Source of the DNA: Bdellovibrionota bacterium
GTDB taxonomy: Bacteria; Bdellovibrionota_C; UBA2361; JBIKUX01
Reading direction: 5' to 3'
Length of the DNA: 64,000 nucleotides
Assembly: GCA_044347345.1 (NCBI GenBank)
Contig: JBIKUX010000002.1
Span: 73,235-137,234, forward strand
The notes beneath the pieces were generated by a model, which saw only the letters and a list, made by a program, of their open reading frames with translations, ran no database searches and was not told the origin of the DNA. Of the stretch, positions 29,000-38,148 are shown in pieces. Numbering within the stretch: position 1 is the stretch's first letter; each line of letters begins with the position of its first letter. The position numbers were made by a program, and so were the translations under genes.

Positions 29000-29200
29000 G
29001 CGGCACCTGCTCAAGCCAAGTTGGTAAATCGAGTGCCGTGCCCGCCTCCCGCCTCGCGTCTATGCATAGAACCGAATCAGGTCTTTCTCTGGGCGCTACC
29101 CTTACCCTACCTCGTGCAATGCATTTAGATTATCAAACGCTCCCCGTTTTCCAGTAACTGCTCCACCTTAACGCAGATCAAGTCATTTAGCGGTTCTTTA
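29000..29200. other. GC-rich intergenic element with inverted repeats, possible structured ncRNA
   Basis: Visibly GC-richer than flanks; GCGGCAC/GTGCCGT and AGAACCG/CGGTTCT pairings; no credible ORF. Confidence 0.3.
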
Positions 29201-29212
29201 CAACATATAAAT

Positions 29213-29905
29213 CTAAATTTGAGTAATATGAAATACCCTGAGCAAAAACATTCCCCACAACCACCATTGAAATAAGACCAAAAGAGCCGCTAAAAAAGGA
29301 GAAAACGGGGATGGATAAGAAGATTTACTAATGTTAATAAATTTTTTAGTTACTACGGCACGTGCTCTTTCAATCCAATGAAGTAAAAAGCAGGACAAAA
29401 ATATTCCGAGAGCACCACCGCTCAGCCCCCACAACAATAGCTCTGCACTTACAACTTTAGGGTCAGCTAACTTACTTATGATCAGTCGATCTCCGTAACC
29501 AAAAGCCGAAAAGGTTAGAAGAGCTCCTATCATTGATGTAGCAAGGATAACAGCACTTAATAAATCAACACCGACACCTCCCAATACCACTACCAACGTA
29601 GTGGCCAAAGCTATGCGGTAAAATACACCCGCTAACTTAAATCTGACATCGGACTTAGAACAAGATGACTTAGGAGCAAGTAACTTCGACTGAACTGGAA
29701 CTATTGATAAATCAACGGGTAAATTATCCTCAGCCGAAAAGTCGGCATACAGATACAACGTGCCTGAATGTGAATCAATCTCAAAAACTTTCATCTTACC
29801 CAAGTTATAGTTCCGTGATGCCAATTTACGACCTAAAGCATCGTAGGAAAGAGGGATAATTTTAAAATTTTCTAATAATAAGAGCCGAACAGATGAAACA
29901 AACAA
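29213..29905 (-). CDS. Membrane protein with DUF1294-like C-terminal region
   Basis: TFSAFGYGDR...ELLLWGLSGGALG resembles DUF1294 pattern. Confidence 0.5.
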   Translation of the reverse strand: MFVSSVRLLLLENFKIIPLSYDALGRKLASRNYNLGKMKVFEIDSHSGTLYLYADFSAEDNLPVDLSIVPVQSKLLAPKSSCSKSDVRFKLAGVFYRIALATTLVVVLGGVGVDLLSAVILATSMIGALLTFSAFGYGDRLIISKLADPKVVSAELLLWGLSGGALGIFLSCFLLHWIERARAVVTKKFINISKSSYPSPFSPFLAALLVLFQWWLWGMFLLRVFHITQI

Positions 29906-29909
29906 AAAT

Positions 29910-30653
29910 ATGAAACATCATCTTAATCGTATTAGCCAATTAAAACGGCGCCTTACAATCACATCTCAGCTAAGATGTTCCACAAATACCAAAGATTTAA
30001 AGACTTTGCCCAATCCCAACAAATCTTCCAATAGAACGGTATTAGTATTAAACAACGATGCCCGAATAGCCGAGGCAGTTACCGTTCAACTACTACGCTT
30101 AGATCCGCAAATTTCAATAATATACGCTCCCACTCTCACAAGTGCCAAGGTATTTCTTAAAGGATGCCCAGTATCACTAATTATAACCGAAGAAACACTA
30201 CCAGATGGAAGTGCTTACCTACTTCGAAGTACACTAGAGGAATCAGGACAAGAGCCACAATTAATAATCCTAAGCCAAGCTCATAACTTTAGTGGTCTAC
30301 CATTTGAAGCCGTAAGCCCTTACCGATTTGCACGAGTACAACTAATTGGTAGTACTCACTCATATAATCGAGGCTTAACAGAAGCTTCGAGCAACCAATG
30401 CCCTACCAAGACACATATTTCTGCACTAAAGCGTCAGATTCGTGCTGAATTAAAAGACAGCGTCAATAACCCATTACAAGAGATCCTTGCCATGGTATAC
30501 GTAGCTCGCAACTGCTCTGAAACAAACGCGCTATTAAACGAAGCTCTTAAGGCTATTGAAACAGCTGCTGAAAAAATAGCCAGCGAGGTAGCTAATGCTA
30601 CATCTTCTAGGTTAAGTCTTAGTACAACAGAATTACTAAAAATTGCCGGCTAA
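29910..30653 (+). CDS. Degenerate receiver plus HisKA-like protein
   Basis: VLVLNND, LIITEETLPDG (receiver-like), LKDSVNNPL (HEINNPL-like). Confidence 0.55.
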   Translation: MKHHLNRISQLKRRLTITSQLRCSTNTKDLKTLPNPNKSSNRTVLVLNNDARIAEAVTVQLLRLDPQISIIYAPTLTSAKVFLKGCPVSLIITEETLPDGSAYLLRSTLEESGQEPQLIILSQAHNFSGLPFEAVSPYRFARVQLIGSTHSYNRGLTEASSNQCPTKTHISALKRQIRAELKDSVNNPLQEILAMVYVARNCSETNALLNEALKAIETAAEKIASEVANATSSRLSLSTTELLKIAG

Positions 30654-30663
30654 TAAATCTAAA

Positions 30664-32340
30664 CTACACGTGCTTAAATTTTAATCTACGTGGCTGTACC
30701 GCATCAGCACCTAATCGCTTCTTTTTATCATCCTCATAATCAGAGTAATTACCTGACACCAAAATTGCTCGGCTATCTCCCTCAAAAGCAATAATGTGGG
30801 TCGCAATACGGTCTAGAAACCACCTGTCGTGACTAATAACTAAAACACATCCGGAAAAATTCAAAAGTGCATCCTCTAAAGCTCTTAAGGTATTAACGTC
30901 AAGATCATTAGTTGGTTCATCGAGAAGAAGAACGTTACCACCTTCTTTAAGAAGCTTAGCTAAATGAACTCGGTTACGCTCACCGCCTGATAAGACACCC
31001 ACCTGCTTCTGCTGATCACTGCCAGAAAAATTAAATCGAGCGCAATAAGCCCGAGAAGAAACATCCTTACCTCCCAAAGAAATAGTATCTAAATCACCAC
31101 CAGCTATTTCCTGCCAAACACTTGCCGACGGATTAAGAGAGGCTCTGCTTTGGTCAACGTAAGCTAATTTCACCGACTCTCCAATAGTTACTGACCCAGA
31201 ATCTGGATGTTCTTGACCAGTGATCATTCGGAAAAGAGTTGTCTTACCGGCACCATTACCACCTACAATTCCAACAATAGCTCCACGCGGAATAGCACAC
31301 GAAAAATTTTCTAAAAGTAGCTTGTCACCGTAACTCTTAGCTATGCCTTCCAACTTAATAACCGTTTCACCAAGTCTTGGACCTGGAGGAATAAAAATCT
31401 CCATATCTTCAATCTTATCTGGAGCATTCTCAGCAACAAGTTGTTCATAGGCAGCGATACGCGCTTTACTTTTCGCTTGGCGTGCCTTAGGCGACATTCG
31501 AATCCATTCAAGCTCTCGCTCCAAAGTTTTCTGGCGCTTAGAAGCTTGTTTTTCTTCCTGCTCAAGACGCTTTTCCTTCTGTTCTAACCAACTTGAATAG
31601 TTACCCTTCCAAGGGATACCGTGACCACGATCCAGTTCAAGGATCCACTGAGCCGTATTGTCTAAAAAGTACCGATCATGAGTTACAGCTATAACTGTAC
31701 CTGGATAATCATTAAGGTATCTCTCAAGCCAATGAACAGATTCAGCATCAAGATGATTTGTAGGCTCATCCAGTAGAAGAACATCAGGTTTTTGTAAAAG
31801 CAGACGACACAAAGCTACTCGACGCTTTTCACCACCAGACAACACCCCCACTTTTGCATCACTCGCAGGTAATCGAAGAGCATCCATCGCCAGCTCAAGC
31901 ATTCGGTCAAGTTCCCACCCATTGGCTGCTTCTATCTTATCCTGTATGGCGGCCTGTTCATCTAGCAATTTCTCCATTTTTTCAGGAGATAAATCTGCCT
32001 CAGCTAGAGATATGCTAACTTCCTCGAATCTACGTAATAATGAAACTAACTCCTGAACCCCTTCTTCAACAATCTCTTTAACAGTCTTGTCTGGATTTAA
32101 GTTAGGCTCTTGTTCAAACATGCCAAAACTTACCCCAGGAGTACGATTAACCTCTCCATGAAACTCGTGCTCAGTGCCAGCAATAATTCTAAGTAGAGTA
32201 GATTTACCAGCACCGTTTAACCCGAGAACACCAATTTTAGCACCATAAAAAAACGATAGACTAATGTCTCTAAGCACTTGTTTCTGAGGCGGATAAACCT
32301 TAGAAACCTTACTCATAGAAAAAGCAAACTCAGGAGCCAT
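30664..32340 (-). CDS. ettA: Energy-dependent translational throttle ABC-F protein
   Basis: LSFFYGAKIGVLGLNGAGKS, LDRGHGIPWKGNYSSWL, IPPGPRLG, two ABC domains. Confidence 0.96.
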   Translation of the reverse strand: MAPEFAFSMSKVSKVYPPQKQVLRDISLSFFYGAKIGVLGLNGAGKSTLLRIIAGTEHEFHGEVNRTPGVSFGMFEQEPNLNPDKTVKEIVEEGVQELVSLLRRFEEVSISLAEADLSPEKMEKLLDEQAAIQDKIEAANGWELDRMLELAMDALRLPASDAKVGVLSGGEKRRVALCRLLLQKPDVLLLDEPTNHLDAESVHWLERYLNDYPGTVIAVTHDRYFLDNTAQWILELDRGHGIPWKGNYSSWLEQKEKRLEQEEKQASKRQKTLERELEWIRMSPKARQAKSKARIAAYEQLVAENAPDKIEDMEIFIPPGPRLGETVIKLEGIAKSYGDKLLLENFSCAIPRGAIVGIVGGNGAGKTTLFRMITGQEHPDSGSVTIGESVKLAYVDQSRASLNPSASVWQEIAGGDLDTISLGGKDVSSRAYCARFNFSGSDQQKQVGVLSGGERNRVHLAKLLKEGGNVLLLDEPTNDLDVNTLRALEDALLNFSGCVLVISHDRWFLDRIATHIIAFEGDSRAILVSGNYSDYEDDKKKRLGADAVQPRRLKFKHV

Positions 32341-32475
32341 AAAATAAAACTCTAAAAAATTACAAAAATATATCTTTAAGCAGGGTAAAGTTATAGCTGA
32401 ATATGGTGTTCACCATCAAATTAAACCATACCGGTTTAAAAAAAGCGTAATCTAATTTCTCGCCCTTCTATCTTT

Positions 32476-32505
32476 CTTTTACCCGTTATCCTTTTACCCG
32501 TTATC
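32476..32505. repeat. Tandem duplication, 15 bp x2 (CTTTTACCCGTTATC)
   Basis: Read directly from sequence. Confidence 0.9.
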
Positions 32506-32577
32506 ACGGAGACCAACAAGGCTACCCCTCAGGCACTATCTGCTAGTAATTAAGTTAACTAAATGTATCCTCGGTAG

Positions 32578-34018
32578 CTAATAACCAATAACCACCAAGT
32601 CACATCCGCGTTCTGGGCCAGGAACTGTTACTGTACATCCTTGCTCAAGCTGTTCATCAACGGAGCCTACTACGTTACCGTTATTACCACTAAGACTATA
32701 ATTTAGCTTATAATCATCAGCCACCCAAGCCACTTTATCCTTAACCTTAACCTTCATACAATTACTAAGGTCTGCCCTAACCTGGTCACCAGAATGACCA
32801 CCATCTACAAAAGCAAAATAACTTTCGAATATTTTTTCCCCCTCTTTAGACTGAGACTCTTTCGAAAAAAACGCATCAGTAGATGCCGGATGAATATTAA
32901 TTACCACCCCCAAGCTACGCAGTTCGTTTACTATTTCTGGATGCTCCTTCAAGAAAATGAGTAGACCACAGCCAGTATAGTGTGGAGCCTTAGTCTGAAA
33001 GGACTTATTGATGCCATCAAGTTCAACTTGACGATCATTTTCCCCGTATTCTTTTACCCAAATTAGAGGGTTGTCATTCCCATCTGTGTTACCACCATTT
33101 ATGACATTCGCATCCTCATTCACCTCATCTGGATTAAATGCACAATCTACTAGATTGAGTTCTAATCCTTTAATATTAAGTTTAATGGCCTGAAGAAGCA
33201 GAATTACCGCTGTTACCCCATCCCTTACGCCAAGTATGTCAGTTCTTCTTTGCAAATCTGGCTCGTTAGCACCCTCTCTACTATCACTTTGACTATGAAT
33301 GTACTCATGCATGGCCAGAAGGGGAAGGACGTTAGATCCATTTAATTGCCCCCAATTTGGGTCAAAGCGAGAACCTGTTTTTTCCCACTGTTTTTGAGCA
33401 GCCGTGTAGGGAGCTCTAAATCCCTTTAAAAACTCTGTAAGGGGCAAACCATCCATTGTAAAAATGGTTGGGTTATACAGATTAAGCCATCTACCTAAAT
33501 CAGGGCGGTCAGCTTTACCGACAATTTTTTGATTACCAACACCGTCTGCGGTAATGGGCGGCTCTTTAGGAAGCAGAGAATTAAGCTCATTTTCTAAAAG
33601 ACCCTTCACCTTACCGACTACCTGCAATTTTCCTGGATAAGAAAACCTCGACAAAGAATCTTGCAAGGCAACGCCGGTAAAATTCACCTTGGATGAAAGT
33701 TCTGTTACCAGAGCTTCGATAACATCATCACGAAAATCCCTTTTTTAATCTATTAAGAAATTTTTCCCCATCGTACAGCAAACACGCACCAAGAGTCTTA
33801 TACTGCTCAGCGGTTAGGTTGGGTCGTAATTTGCAGGTGACTTGATCAAAACCAACTCCAATTGCCCTCTTGATTTGAGTATAAGTAAGAGTAAGGCTGT
33901 CAATACTTTGCTTGGTGTTATTCAAAATTTCCTCAACGCGATAATCACTTACAAACCGCGCAGTAAGAGTTGCAAAAATATCGCTAGCTATATCTTTGCA
34001 TGTATTGAATACACTCAT
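32578..34018 (-). pseudogene. Probable single gene (about 479 aa) split by a 1-base frameshift; C-terminal Methyltransf_24-like domain
   Basis: ORF 33728..34018 overlaps the open upstream extension of the 32578..33687 frame at an A6G3 run; motifs ILGVRDG, LVD, FVDGGHS...VADDY. Confidence 0.55.
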
Positions 34019-34755
34019 CGTTTTACCCTTTTTGTTTATCTTACTAAGCCTCCTCTCGTAACGAGCAATTAAATTACTGAGAAGTATTAAACTGGCGTTA
34101 TACCATTGACCAATGGGTAAATCTAGAAGCTACCATGACTAACTAATTCTAGTGATAACTCCCTTTAACTTATTAGAATTACTGAAAACATTTGTCTAAG
34201 AAAATGTAACTAGTAGATTCTACAATTTTACTATCGATTCAGTGAGTAGCATAGTTTATGTAAACTAGATAACTCTACAAACAAGAGCTAGAGATTTATA
34301 GGCCTGTTCCGCACTAAAACGCTCATGCAAAACACCAACATCAGGAAGAGCATCTGGGTCGCGATCCCCAACGTACTTACGTACTCATACTCCCGCTAGG
34401 CTATCCAAAAGATGTGACATAGTCACCGTATCACGTCAAAGAGTGCTCCTCCCGCTCTCAAAGACATTCCCAGGTTTATCCAAGTATTTGTCCAATAATT
34501 ATTATCCAAGGCCGTTTAATCAGTAGAGAAACAATCTCGCAAATGAACATAGGTTTTGGTCTGAGTAGAAACTCTCTCGCGAGGAACTTAATAATTCCCT
34601 GTCCATATATATACTCAAGTTTTTCCACTTCAGATCTCAATTTTTCTTGTTACTTTGCCCGTAAAATACCCAAGAGCTATCTTAATGTAAGTAACTAATT
34701 TGCTAAGAATCTCTTTAAAAGCGCTTTTTTAGCGGTATTAACAAAAACAAATTAG

Positions 34756-34780
34756 AAAAAAGGCCCTTAGTATTAAGGGC
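34756..34780 (-). terminator. Intrinsic terminator
   Basis: GCCCTTA-ATAC-TAAGGGC hairpin followed by CTTTTTT on the minus strand, downstream of the metalloprotease gene. Confidence 0.65.
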
Positions 34781-34876
34781 TACACTTTTTTATTCGGACA
34801 CAGAAGAGACCTTGTTTATCTTACTCAGCAATATTAATGGAGCAAGATAACTAAGTGGTGTAAAGAAACTCTATAG

Positions 34877-36535
34877 CTAACTGATAAGAAGGTTATTTAC
34901 AAAATTATTCCACCACACTCTAGGCGAATCAATTTTTTTTGCTATAACTTTTGCTGGATTAATAAAAACTTCTTCAGGAGATACAGAAGATTGAAAATTA
35001 GTACACTCAAAAGATGCACTAATGTACCGCCCTGTGTTCCGCTTCGAAGATGAAGCGATAATCCTACTTTGTGGTTTAACGCTCAAAATATTAATTTTTT
35101 TTATCGGCACAAACCGATAAAGCACTTTACCAGTGCTTGTACGACCAGGGAAATTTGATGTTCTTAGTACAATCTCACAACTAGGACTAAGAGAGTCTAT
35201 AGCTATTCTGCCTCGAAACCCGGCTCGAGGTGATAAACGTCCCGTAAAAGAAATTGCGGGCGCTAAAGGAAGCCTATCATCTTTATCATCTAATGATACG
35301 CTCGCAAAACACGAAGCCTTAGAAAAAAACTGCATTACCGCACTTTTTGTACAACTACTAAAACGTGTCGGTGGTACTCGCCTAAGTATTTTGCTCATTA
35401 TACTACTAGAGTCGCAACCAACATCTTCATCATGTTGCGCCGAAAGAAGGTGTGCTAACTCATGCGCTAAAATAACTGGAGTAATAGCCGAATTAATGTC
35501 TTGCACTATACCGTAATTTAATTTTGAGTTACATGCTCCTCCAACCCATGCAAGACCAACCGTACCTCCATCAAAATCTTTTCCTGATAAAAGTATATGT
35601 ACGTCAGCAGTGCCAAGATCACGAGAGGTAAAACGATCATGTAAATCTTCAGCACTAGTCATAGTAGGGGGATATATTTCAGAATCTACAGTAATCCTCT
35701 GTCTATTTGTTACTGTAATAGATTGCAACTCAGATTGATAAATTACATCAATAGCATTAACATAACTTATGCTTGTAGCTTGTGCTATATTAGCATATTT
35801 ATTAGCAAACTCTGCGTCAGTATCTGTTGATATTTCGATTTCTTTAAAGGAATGTTCACTTGAATTTAAGGTAGCTAATGCACTTTTTGAATATTCATCT
35901 TTTGGTTGTTTAGATTTTGAAGACTGATAATTATCATCAACAAAATAACTTTTTGCTAGTTTATTCGAAACTAGAGTTCCGTGAACAGGACATCTTAAAT
36001 GAGAAAGTGCCGTAGCAGGCACTCTCAACAACTGGGCAGCTCGGTTATTTTCAAGTTTTAATGAATAAAATATGGGCATCCCATGACGAGTCGGCAAAGA
36101 GAACCAACCTCTGGTTGGACCGTTATTTTTACCGAGTACAATTGTAAGCGAAAAAGGCGCCTTATCTCCTCTGCGAGACCAAATATCTCCGCCAAATCTA
36201 AGTATTTTACCCTTTGGTAACTGATTACTCCCCAAGAAATTAACTCTACCATGCAGACCTACAGCACCAATAAGTCCTAACGAAAATCGACCAGAGGTAG
36301 ATAAGGACAATTTACGGCTTTCAAAAAACTCATAATTTTCAGAGATTTTTGTCACCAAAAGTGAAAGAGAATCAGTTACCGCCCGATAAGGAGACCTCTT
36401 TGATAGGTTAATCTTTTTAGTAGCGGGAAGACCAAAAGCTGGTAACTCAATAAAAATCACTAAAGATGCAATGAGCGTTTTGGCAAGACAAGCTAATACT
36501 CTCTTAAAGAAAATTAAATACCGGAAATTATTCAA
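34877..36535 (-). CDS. Secreted M12/reprolysin-like zinc metalloprotease
   Basis: GTVGLAWVGGAC, HELAHLLSAQHD, Met-turn SIMS, FSSC; hydrophobic N-terminus. Confidence 0.85.
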   Translation of the reverse strand: MNNFRYLIFFKRVLACLAKTLIASLVIFIELPAFGLPATKKINLSKRSPYRAVTDSLSLLVTKISENYEFFESRKLSLSTSGRFSLGLIGAVGLHGRVNFLGSNQLPKGKILRFGGDIWSRRGDKAPFSLTIVLGKNNGPTRGWFSLPTRHGMPIFYSLKLENNRAAQLLRVPATALSHLRCPVHGTLVSNKLAKSYFVDDNYQSSKSKQPKDEYSKSALATLNSSEHSFKEIEISTDTDAEFANKYANIAQATSISYVNAIDVIYQSELQSITVTNRQRITVDSEIYPPTMTSAEDLHDRFTSRDLGTADVHILLSGKDFDGGTVGLAWVGGACNSKLNYGIVQDINSAITPVILAHELAHLLSAQHDEDVGCDSSSIMSKILRRVPPTRFSSCTKSAVMQFFSKASCFASVSLDDKDDRLPLAPAISFTGRLSPRAGFRGRIAIDSLSPSCEIVLRTSNFPGRTSTGKVLYRFVPIKKINILSVKPQSRIIASSSKRNTGRYISASFECTNFQSSVSPEEVFINPAKVIAKKIDSPRVWWNNFVNNLLIS

Positions 36536-36648
36536 GAATAATTCTCATAAAAATTCTCTAGCCAAAATAAGAACCTAAGATATTCGTCAAAGAAAAAAAG
36601 CTTCTTTATAAATCAAGTTAGAAAAATTTAATAATCTTGAAAATACTC

Positions 36649-38148
36649 TTAATCATTACGATCACACAAAGTTTTCCCTTGCTCCAAGTTAATTAAACAC
36701 TGGTTCCCACCAATAAATTGGCCTTCTCCTTTGAGTAAAACCTGCGGAGTAGATGTCCCTAACTTAGCTTTTAGTACTTTACAATCTTCGCGATGAGTAT
36801 AATGCGCTCTTAGTAAAACAGGGTCAGGATTAGCCATACTATCAAACGGAATATTTTGCCTACTAGATGGGCCAATCAAATAAACCTTTACTGTTGTTGC
36901 TGGAGTAAGTGCCGTAAAAGTTACAGGTAAAACTACCTTAACTGATGGAAAATTTTTGCCGGGCAATACTAAAAATCCTCCTCGTATATCATCAAATTTT
37001 GGACATTCAGGCCATTTCAGAGGAGAAGGTGTAATCCTAGAGGGATTATGCGACTCATCAATACGATTAAGTACATTGATATTGATAGAATCAAATAATA
37101 TACCCGCTGGTGCAAAAACTGAGGTAGATGCTCCTGTAAAAAGATTCTTAACCTGTATTAGGCCTTCATTAACATCACGTATTGCTACTTCTTCTCCCTC
37201 CTCATCGGCAAGATAATCACCAACCACTACTATACCTTTTGTAGATATCGGAGTTGTTCTGCGCCATCTAACTCGACCCCAAGAGTTTGCACTAGAAGTA
37301 GCAGTTACAAATTGAGTGTTTTCTCCAGAAACCATCTGAAATACGAGGGAATCTCTACCAACAGTCCTTCTTTTTAATGGTTCAGGGACTTGAGTAAAAT
37401 TTTGTGCCCATGACCTTCTTAGCGGAATTCTACTAACGGTCTTTGAATCAATAAATCTATATAAAATGGAATTACCTCTAACTACCGCAATGGCATCTCT
37501 AGCACCTTTTTTAGTGTCATACTGCGGCGCAAAAAAGAAGGGTTTATCCTGTTCTTTACCAAAATAAATAGTTCGCAAAGATAACTCAGATGATGATATT
37601 CCCGGATTAACGATAATATCCCACTGTAATCTACCATTTTTACTAGATACGGAAATTGCATCTCCTATATTGTTACCATCTAAATCTGCACCTGATACTA
37701 CTGTTGATAGATTCTTACCCAAGGTAAAAGTTACATTTGGCTCATTATTAATCGACCGAATATTCCAATTTGCAATTCCATCATTAGCTACATGAATAAA
37801 GCCTGGTTCAGTAACTCCTGACATACGCCAGTTTCCCGGAGCAAGGTGATCCCCGATCTTGCCTATACTTCCTATCTCAATCGGAAGCTCCTCAATGGAT
37901 GGCAATCCGTACCACCTAAGCACCCCAGAAGGAGAAACTTGAATATATTTAAGCCGTATTAGTGATAAATGTTCAGTTTTTTTGTTTTCTTGTGCGTCTG
38001 TTTTAGTACCGGAGATGATTAAAAAACATACAGAGAATAATATTATGGCTTTTGTCCATCTAAGAATGGTGCTAAATTTGCCCATGACCTGCTCCCCTCG
38101 CATGTAAGCATGCTTATGCCAACAAAATCTACAACTCTTGTGCTGCAA
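36649..38148 (-). CDS. Exported protein with FG-GAP/VCBS-like repeats
   Basis: Signal peptide after MGKF; GADLDGNNIGDAI, VVGDYLADEEGEEVAI. Confidence 0.55.
   Translation of the reverse strand: MQHKSCRFCWHKHAYMRGEQVMGKFSTILRWTKAIILFSVCFLIISGTKTDAQENKKTEHLSLIRLKYIQVSPSGVLRWYGLPSIEELPIEIGSIGKIGDHLAPGNWRMSGVTEPGFIHVANDGIANWNIRSINNEPNVTFTLGKNLSTVVSGADLDGNNIGDAISVSSKNGRLQWDIIVNPGISSSELSLRTIYFGKEQDKPFFFAPQYDTKKGARDAIAVVRGNSILYRFIDSKTVSRIPLRRSWAQNFTQVPEPLKRRTVGRDSLVFQMVSGENTQFVTATSSANSWGRVRWRRTTPISTKGIVVVGDYLADEEGEEVAIRDVNEGLIQVKNLFTGASTSVFAPAGILFDSININVLNRIDESHNPSRITPSPLKWPECPKFDDIRGGFLVLPGKNFPSVKVVLPVTFTALTPATTVKVYLIGPSSRQNIPFDSMANPDPVLLRAHYTHREDCKVLKAKLGTSTPQVLLKGEGQFIGGNQCLINLEQGKTLCDRND

Noticed and set aside
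33290..33315. HEYIH as an HExxH metalloprotease motif
   Set aside because: It lies just before the methyltransferase-like first strand with no supporting third-ligand motif; probably chance
33740..33746. A-AAA-AAG heptamer as a programmed -1 frameshift site
   Set aside because: The -1 frame stops after about 12 codons; the long downstream ORF is in the +1 frame
34791..34818. TAAA-N16-TCCGAATA sigma-28-like promoter on the minus strand
   Set aside because: An intrinsic terminator follows within about 10-35 nt and there is no intact gene downstream; at most a relic
38105..38125. Sigma-54 promoter TGGCATAAGCATGC (minus strand)
   Set aside because: GG-to-GC spacing is 9 nt, not the required 10; look-alikes near 8645 and 26440 also fail
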